Below, piece by piece: positions 58,082 through 64,000 of a DNA stretch of 64,000 bases; the stretch's first letter is position 1; every line of letters begins with the position of its first letter. The stretch lies in NCBI GenBank assembly GCA_027021705.1, contig JALUTT010000003.1:1-64000 (forward strand), written 5' to 3'. This DNA comes from Anaerolineae bacterium. Its GTDB lineage: Bacteria > Chloroflexota > Anaerolineae > S140-20. The position numbers and the translations under genes are program-made. A model generated the notes under the pieces. It was not told where the DNA came from, made no database searches, and was given only the letters and a program-made list of their open reading frames with translations.

Positions 58082-59161
58082 ATGCTGCGCGCCCGTTTGA
58101 TCGCTGGAATGCTCACGCTGGCTCTTATCCTCTCCTCAGTAGTGGCCTGTCAGGGGGGCAAGCAGGAAACCCCCACCGTTCCGCCTACCTCTGAGGCAGA
58201 AGAAGCGCTGCCCCAACGTCCCGACCTGAAGGTGGCCCTGATCATCGCTCAGGGCGGGCTGGGGGATCGTTCTTACAACGACTCCGGCTTCGCCGGCCTG
58301 ACCAAAGCTGCTCAGGACTTCGGTGTCCAGGTCCAGACCATCGAGTCCCCAGACCCTGTGGGGGAGGGGGAGAAGCTCTTGCGCACAGCAGCCCAGGCTG
58401 GCTTCGATCTGGTGATTACGTTGGAGTACACCCACTTTGAGCCTCTGGCCCGGGTGGCCCCGGAGTTCCCCGACACGATGTTCGCCATCCTCAACATCGC
58501 TGTGGAAGGGGACAACGTCGTCTCCGTCATCTTCAAGGAACACGAGGGCTCCTTTCTGGCGGGAGCGTTGGCTGCGATGGTGACCAAGGACACCAACATC
58601 CCCGGCATTAACCCCGAGAAGATCATCGGAGTCATCGGCGGCACCCAGTCTCCGGGCATTGACAAGTTCCTCGTCGGTTACGAAGAGGGAGCCCACTACA
58701 TTGATCCCGAGATCCAGGTCCTGCGTAGCTACTCTAACAGCTTCGGCGATCCGGCCAAGGGGAAGGAGTTGGCCTTGGCTATGTTCGAGCAAGGGGCCGA
58801 CATCGTCTATCAGGTGGCCGGCGGCACCGGCGAGGGCGTCATCGAGGCGGCCAAAGAAACCGGCCACTACGCCATCGGCGTGGACTCCGACCAGGACTAC
58901 ATCGCGCCCGGCCACGTCTTGACCTCGATGCTCAAGCGGGTGGACGTCGCGGTCTACGGCCTCATCGAGCAACTGGTCCGGGGCGAGCTCAAGGGCGGCA
59001 CCGTCGTCACCTATGGTCTCAAGGAAGGCGGTGTGGGCCTCAGCGAGATGAAGTACACGCGCCACCTGATCCCCAAGGAGTACATTGATAAGGTCAAGGA
59101 ACTCCAGGAAAAGATCATCAGCGGCGAGATCAAAGTCACAGACATCACGGAGCAGCAATAG
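58082..59161 (+). CDS. BMP-family (nucleoside) ABC substrate-binding lipoprotein
   Basis: VVAC lipobox, GGLGDRSYND, EGSFLAG, IGVDSDQ, TSMLKRVD. Confidence 0.93.
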   Translation: MLRARLIAGMLTLALILSSVVACQGGKQETPTVPPTSEAEEALPQRPDLKVALIIAQGGLGDRSYNDSGFAGLTKAAQDFGVQVQTIESPDPVGEGEKLLRTAAQAGFDLVITLEYTHFEPLARVAPEFPDTMFAILNIAVEGDNVVSVIFKEHEGSFLAGALAAMVTKDTNIPGINPEKIIGVIGGTQSPGIDKFLVGYEEGAHYIDPEIQVLRSYSNSFGDPAKGKELALAMFEQGADIVYQVAGGTGEGVIEAAKETGHYAIGVDSDQDYIAPGHVLTSMLKRVDVAVYGLIEQLVRGELKGGTVVTYGLKEGGVGLSEMKYTRHLIPKEYIDKVKELQEKIISGEIKVTDITEQQ

Positions 59162-59194
59162 ATCAGAGCGGTTGCCCGGTCGCCCTCGGCTCCT

Positions 59195-59226
59195 GGTAGG
59201 GGCGCACGGTGTTGTGCGCCCCTACC
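59195..59226 (+). terminator. Hairpin downstream of BMP gene
   Basis: GGTAGGGGCGCAC...GTGCGCCCCTACC. Confidence 0.6.
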
Positions 59227-59337
59227 TTGGTGGGCCAGGGGAAGGCGGAGCAGCCGCCTTTTGGCTGGGCGGAGGGCGAGCCGGAGCCAGAACGCCTCTG
59301 GCGAGACGGCGTTAGGCGTCCTGGGGAGAGGAGCTCT

Positions 59338-60873
59338 ATGCCCTACCTGGAGATGCGGGGGATCACCAAAATCTTCCCCGGCGTTGTGGCCAACGACCGG
59401 GTGACCCTCACCGTGGAGCAAGGGGAGATCCACGCCTTGGTGGGGGAGAACGGCGCCGGCAAGACGACGTTGATGCGCATTCTGTACGGGATGTACCGGC
59501 CTGATGCCGGAGAGATCTTCCTCCGTGGCCGGCGGGTTGAGATTCCCAACCCTCAGGCAGCCATCGCCTTGGGCATCGGTATGGTCCATCAGCACTTCCA
59601 GCTCGTCCCTTCCCTCACGGTAGCCGAGAACGTCGAACTGGGGAGGGAGTCGCGCCGCTTCTTCCTGGTGGACCGCGAGCAGGCGATTGCCCGGGTGGGA
59701 GCCCTGGCCCGCCGCTTCGGCCTCGCCGTGGACCCGACCGCCCGGGTGGCCGATCTTTCGGTGGGCGTGCAACAGCGGGTGGAGATCCTCAAGCTCCTCT
59801 ACCGAGAGGCGGACCTCCTCATCCTGGACGAGCCTACTGCCGTCTTGACGCCTCAAGAGACCCAGGAACTCTTCCAGGTCCTGCGTCGGCTCCGGGATGA
59901 AGGGCGAACGCTTCTCTTCATCACCCACAAGCTGGGCGAGGTGTTGGCCCTCTCCGACCGGGTGACGGTGCTCCGCCGAGGCCGGGTCACCGGCGTTCTG
60001 GAGACCGACCGCACCAACGAGGAGGAACTGGCCCGGCTGATGGTGGGGCGCGAGGTGAAGGTGGCCCGACGACTGCAGGCCGCCTCCATTGGCGAGCCCG
60101 CCCTGCGGGTCGAGGGCTTGGTCGTGCGGGACGAGCGGGGGCTGACCGCCGTCAACAACCTCTCCTTCACCGTCCACCGGGGGGAGATCGTGGGCATCGC
60201 CGGCGTCGAAGGGAATGGTCAACGGGAGTTGCTGGAAGCGCTGGCCGGCATCCGTCCCCTTGTCCAGGGACGCATCTGGCTAGATGGCCGCGAGATTCAC
60301 CATCTGCCCGTTCGGATGCGGCGGGAGGCCGGCCTGGGCCTCATCCCGGAGGACCGCACTCAGGAGGGCCTGAACCTGCTCGCCAGCATCGAGGAGAACC
60401 TGGCTGCTGTCCACTACTACCGCCCCCCTCTCTCCCAAAGGGGGCTATTGCACCCGGCGGCCATCAGCGGGTTTGCCCGGAAGCTGATCTCGCTCTTCGA
60501 CATCCGGGTGACCAGCCCCACAGCGCCGGCAGCCGTCCTCTCCGGCGGAAACCAGCAGCGGGTGGTCGTTGCCCGGGAGCTGGCTGCCGATCCCTCCCTC
60601 CTCATCGCTGCCCACCCCACCCGGGGGCTGGACGTTGGAGCCACCCAGGCGGTGCGGAGGGAATTGCTCCGGTTGCGCGACCGGGGGCTGGGTGTGCTCC
60701 TCATCTCGGCGGATTTGGACGAGATCCTAGCCCTGGCGGACCGCATCTTGGTCCTCTTCCGGGGGCAGGTCGTGGGGGAGGTGCCGGCGGAGCAGGCCAC
60801 CCAGGAGATGTTGGGGTTGATGATGGCCGGTCACAGGCCGGAGACCCTTCAGGCAGATCAGGAGGCCAGATGA
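59338..60873 (+). CDS. Nucleoside/sugar ABC ATP-binding protein (two NBDs)
   Basis: GENGAGKT, GMVHQHF, LSVGVQQR, LSGGNQQR. Confidence 0.94.
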   Translation: MPYLEMRGITKIFPGVVANDRVTLTVEQGEIHALVGENGAGKTTLMRILYGMYRPDAGEIFLRGRRVEIPNPQAAIALGIGMVHQHFQLVPSLTVAENVELGRESRRFFLVDREQAIARVGALARRFGLAVDPTARVADLSVGVQQRVEILKLLYREADLLILDEPTAVLTPQETQELFQVLRRLRDEGRTLLFITHKLGEVLALSDRVTVLRRGRVTGVLETDRTNEEELARLMVGREVKVARRLQAASIGEPALRVEGLVVRDERGLTAVNNLSFTVHRGEIVGIAGVEGNGQRELLEALAGIRPLVQGRIWLDGREIHHLPVRMRREAGLGLIPEDRTQEGLNLLASIEENLAAVHYYRPPLSQRGLLHPAAISGFARKLISLFDIRVTSPTAPAAVLSGGNQQRVVVARELAADPSLLIAAHPTRGLDVGATQAVRRELLRLRDRGLGVLLISADLDEILALADRILVLFRGQVVGEVPAEQATQEMLGLMMAGHRPETLQADQEAR

Positions 60874-61937
60874 ACCAGGTGACCTTTCGCTGGCGCTCTC
60901 CCCTGTTCAACATCGTCCAGGCGCTGATCACCCTGGCCGTTGCCTTGCTGATGGGGGCGCTGGTGATCCAGGTCTCGGGCAAAGATGCGCTGGGCGCTTA
61001 CCGCACCCTCTTCACCACCGCGCTGGGGAGCCGCCTGAGCATCGCCGACTCGCTCCTGGCCAGCACCCCCCTCATCTTCACCGGGTTGGCGACGGCCATC
61101 GCCTTCCGGGCCGGCGTCTTCAACGTGGGTGTGGAGGGTTCCCTCTACCTGGGGGCCTTCGCCGCCGCCTGGGTGGGCTTCACCTGGACGGCGCTGCCGG
61201 GATTTCTGCTCATCCCCCTTGCCTTCCTGGCCGCCGGAATGGTCGGGGGGGTGTGGGGGCTGCTGCCCGGTTACCTGAAAGCCTACCTGCGCGTGGACGA
61301 GATCGTGACCACCATTATGCTCAACTACGTCGCCATCCTCTTCACCAGCTATCTGGTCAACTATCCCTTCCTGGCTCCTGGGTTGGCCAACTCGATGTCG
61401 CCTAAGATCGTGCCGGCAGCCCAGTTGCCCCGCTTGATGAAGCCCTCCCAGCTCAACCTCGCTTTCCCCATCGCCCTCCTCTGTGTGTTGGCTCTCTGGT
61501 TCCTGATGCGTCGGACGACGTTGGGGTACGAGTTGCGGATGGCGGGAGACAACCCCATCTTCGCCCGCTGGGCCGGTATGCCCGTGGCCCGCACCATCCT
61601 GCAGGTGATGTTCATCAGCGGCTTCCTGGGAGGACTGGCCGGTGCCGGACAGGTGCTTGGTGTCAACTATCGTTTTGTGGACGGCTTCTCCCCAGGATAC
61701 GGCTTCGACGGGATCACCGTCGCCTTGCTGGGGCGGAACACCCCCCTGGGGAGCCTGTTGGCGGCGCTCCTCTTCGGTGCCCTGCGCAGCGGTGGCTCGA
61801 CGATGGAGCTCTTCACCGACGTCCCCCGAGACCTGATCCGTGTGCTGGAGGCGACCATCATCTTCTTCGTCTCGGCTCAATTTACCTTTGAGTTCCTGCG
61901 CCGTCGCCGGGCCCTCCAGGACCTCTCAGCGTCCTGA
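60870..61937 (+). CDS. Nucleoside ABC permease 1
   Basis: FNVGVEG, EIVTTIMLNY, GFDGITVALLG. Confidence 0.93.
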   Translation: MNQVTFRWRSPLFNIVQALITLAVALLMGALVIQVSGKDALGAYRTLFTTALGSRLSIADSLLASTPLIFTGLATAIAFRAGVFNVGVEGSLYLGAFAAAWVGFTWTALPGFLLIPLAFLAAGMVGGVWGLLPGYLKAYLRVDEIVTTIMLNYVAILFTSYLVNYPFLAPGLANSMSPKIVPAAQLPRLMKPSQLNLAFPIALLCVLALWFLMRRTTLGYELRMAGDNPIFARWAGMPVARTILQVMFISGFLGGLAGAGQVLGVNYRFVDGFSPGYGFDGITVALLGRNTPLGSLLAALLFGALRSGGSTMELFTDVPRDLIRVLEATIIFFVSAQFTFEFLRRRRALQDLSAS

Positions 61938-61993
61938 CGGCCCGGTGGACCGGTGCCCGGCCTTCGTTTCACAGCTTGCAGGAGCGGTGTGCT

Positions 61994-62896
61994 GTGACGA
62001 AAACGTTGATTCACGTTGGCTTTGCGACCTTGCGGATGACGACCCCGCTGGTGTTGGCGGCCTTGGGAGGCGTCTTCAGCCAACAGGTGGGTCTGTTGAA
62101 CATCGCCCTGGAGGGGATGATGCTCATGGGGGCCTTTGCTGCCGTCGTCGTGGCCGCAGCCGTGGGGAGTTCGGTGGTTGGCGTCGGGGCGGCCGCCCTG
62201 GTCGGCCTCCTGACCGCCCTCATCTTCGCCTTCTTCGTCATCCACCTGCGGGCCGACCTCATCGTGGCTGGCCTGGCCGTCAACATCCTGGCCCTGGGCT
62301 TGACGGCCTACCTGCTCCAGGTGCTGTTTAACACACGGGGAGCCTACGCACCGAAGGACCTGGAGGGGCTAGGCAGCCTGACCATCCCCCTGCTTGACCA
62401 GGTCCCACTCCTGGGACCGATGCTCTCCGGTCACAAGTGGCTGGTCTACGTCACCTGGCTTCTCGTCTTCCTGAGTTGGTTGGTGCTCTACCGCACGCCC
62501 CTGGGCATCCATATCCGGGCCGTCGGAGAGCACCGTGAGGCTGCCGAGACCGCTGGCTTGCCGGTGAAGCGGATCCAGTACCTGGCCCTGCTGACCAGCG
62601 GCTTCCTGAGCGGTCTGGCCGGCGCCCAACTCTCCTTGGGGAACCTAACCCTTTTCAGCGAGAACATGTCCAACGGACGTGGCTTCATGGCGCTGGCAGC
62701 CGTCTTCTTTGGGCAGGCTCGGCCCCTTCCCACGGCCCTCGCCTGCTTGCTCTTTGGCGTCTTCGAAGCCGTGCAGATTCGCCTTCAGATGACGGTGCAG
62801 ATTCCCAATCAGCTCCCTCAGATGTTGCCTTATCTCATCATCGTCGTTGTGTTGACCGTACTCTCCCTGCGGGAGCGCCGACTGAGCGCCCGATAG
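61994..62896 (+). CDS. Nucleoside ABC permease 2
   Basis: NIALEGMML, RAVGEH, GRGFMALAA, MLPY. Confidence 0.92.
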   Translation: MTKTLIHVGFATLRMTTPLVLAALGGVFSQQVGLLNIALEGMMLMGAFAAVVVAAAVGSSVVGVGAAALVGLLTALIFAFFVIHLRADLIVAGLAVNILALGLTAYLLQVLFNTRGAYAPKDLEGLGSLTIPLLDQVPLLGPMLSGHKWLVYVTWLLVFLSWLVLYRTPLGIHIRAVGEHREAAETAGLPVKRIQYLALLTSGFLSGLAGAQLSLGNLTLFSENMSNGRGFMALAAVFFGQARPLPTALACLLFGVFEAVQIRLQMTVQIPNQLPQMLPYLIIVVVLTVLSLRERRLSAR

Positions 62897-62923
62897 CCTG
62901 CAGGACCGCTCAAGGAGGCTCTT

Positions 62924-63523
62924 GTGGACAGGATCGCCCTGATCATCGTGGATATGGTTAAGGATTTCGTCCGACCTGATGGCATTGTCTACTTCCCTGA
63001 TGCCGAGGCCATCGTCCCCGCCGTTGCCCGGCTGCTCCAAGCAGCTCGGCAGAGCCGGGTTCCCATCATCTATCTACGGGATTCCCACCAACCCGACGAG
63101 GAGCGATGGGATTGGGAACTGCGCAGCGTGAAGCGCCACTGCATCACCAGCACCGGTGGGGATGAGATCGTGGAGGAGTTGGCCCCCCCCGAGGGCGCGA
63201 TGGTCATCCCCAAACGGCGCTACAGCGGCTTTATGGGCACAGACTTGGACATGCGGCTGCGCGACCTGCGGATCGAGGCAGTTGTGCTCTGTGGGGTCAA
63301 GACCAACGTCTGCGTGCGGGCTACGGCCCAGGATGCCTTCCAACGGGGCTATCGGGTCCTCGTCCCCCGTGAGGCGGTCTCCTCCAACCGACCTCACCTC
63401 CACGAAGCCAGCCTGGAAGACATTGACCGCTATATGGGAGCGGTCATCTCGGTGGATGAGGCGGTCCGGATTCTGGAAACCGGGCGGATCCCCCAGGTCC
63501 TGCGGGGGGCGTTGGAGTACTGA
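62924..63523 (+). CDS. Isochorismatase-family cysteine hydrolase
   Basis: ALIIVDM, KRRYSGF, TNVCVRATA (Asp-Lys-Cys triad). Confidence 0.92.
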   Translation: MDRIALIIVDMVKDFVRPDGIVYFPDAEAIVPAVARLLQAARQSRVPIIYLRDSHQPDEERWDWELRSVKRHCITSTGGDEIVEELAPPEGAMVIPKRRYSGFMGTDLDMRLRDLRIEAVVLCGVKTNVCVRATAQDAFQRGYRVLVPREAVSSNRPHLHEASLEDIDRYMGAVISVDEAVRILETGRIPQVLRGALEY

Positions 63524-63527
63524 GCAT

Positions 63528-64000
63528 ATGGCGGCGCTGGAGATCGTGGCGACGGGCTATCCCAGCCTGGATTACATTATGCGGGTGAGGAACTTACCTG
63601 CTCCTGGGGAGACGGGGGTGATCCAGGCCGATCCGCCTCCAGGTCAGATGACGCCGGGGGGCTGCGCGGCCAACGTCGCTGTGGGCTGCGCCCGGTTGGG
63701 GATGCGGGCCGGCCTGCTGATGGTCGTGGGCGATGACTTCGCCTCCAGTGGTTATCGGGCCGCCCTGGCCCAGGCCGGCGTGGACCTAGGGGGTGTCCAC
63801 ATCGTCCCGGGAGCTACCTCCTTCACCTACCTCTTCTTTGACCCTCAGGGCCGTCACCAGACCTTTTTCTTCCCCGGCGTCGTCACCGCTGATGTGGTCT
63901 TGGAGGGAGACGAGGCGTGGATGCGGGGAGCCCGATGGGGGGTGATCACCGTCGGTGTGCCCGAGCACAATCGAGCCGTTGCCGAACAGTTTCACCGGCT
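63528..64000 (+). CDS. PfkB-family carbohydrate/nucleoside kinase, 3' end outside window
   Basis: MAALEIVATGYPSLDYI...PGGCAANVAVGCARLG...VGDD. Open to the window end. Confidence 0.88.
   Translation, partial: MAALEIVATGYPSLDYIMRVRNLPAPGETGVIQADPPPGQMTPGGCAANVAVGCARLGMRAGLLMVVGDDFASSGYRAALAQAGVDLGGVHIVPGATSFTYLFFDPQGRHQTFFFPGVVTADVVLEGDEAWMRGARWGVITVGVPEHNRAVAEQFHR

Overview
High-GC bacterial chromosome segment. Lipoprotein stalks, gene content and intergenic heptamer/octamer repeats suggest a monoderm Chloroflexota (Anaerolineae-like) organism, which is an inference. In order: a 5'-truncated CHAT protease-STAND NTPase-TPR protein; purH; tal-pgl-zwf; a two-component system; a ~13 kb denitrification module (lipid-anchored di-haem-c NirS, a heme-copper enzyme with Gln in place of the active-site Tyr and so eNOR-type, Cu/heme-a maturation genes, and a cytochrome b-Fe-S-MvhD fusion) interrupted by a toxin-antitoxin pair; a ROK-controlled dextran/cycloisomaltooligosaccharide locus with a 1770-aa GH66-CBM35-GH15 fusion; a UbiB/AarF kinase apparently starting at ATC; a cstA operon ending in two thioredoxin-fold paralogues, one with an in-frame TGA exactly at the first Cys of CxxC (candidate UxxC selenoprotein that the ORF track splits in two); a short MetE-like enzyme; a Thermotoga-type inositol locus; and a nucleoside ABC/salvage locus running off the right end. 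Non-coding signals include a MITE-like element sitting 12 bp upstream of two different -35 boxes, a REP-like inverted repeat family, and orphan Shine-Dalgarno motifs plus 3' hairpins bracketing every solute-binding-protein gene. No rRNA, tRNA or CRISPR array was seen. All family assignments come from motif recognition, not database searches.
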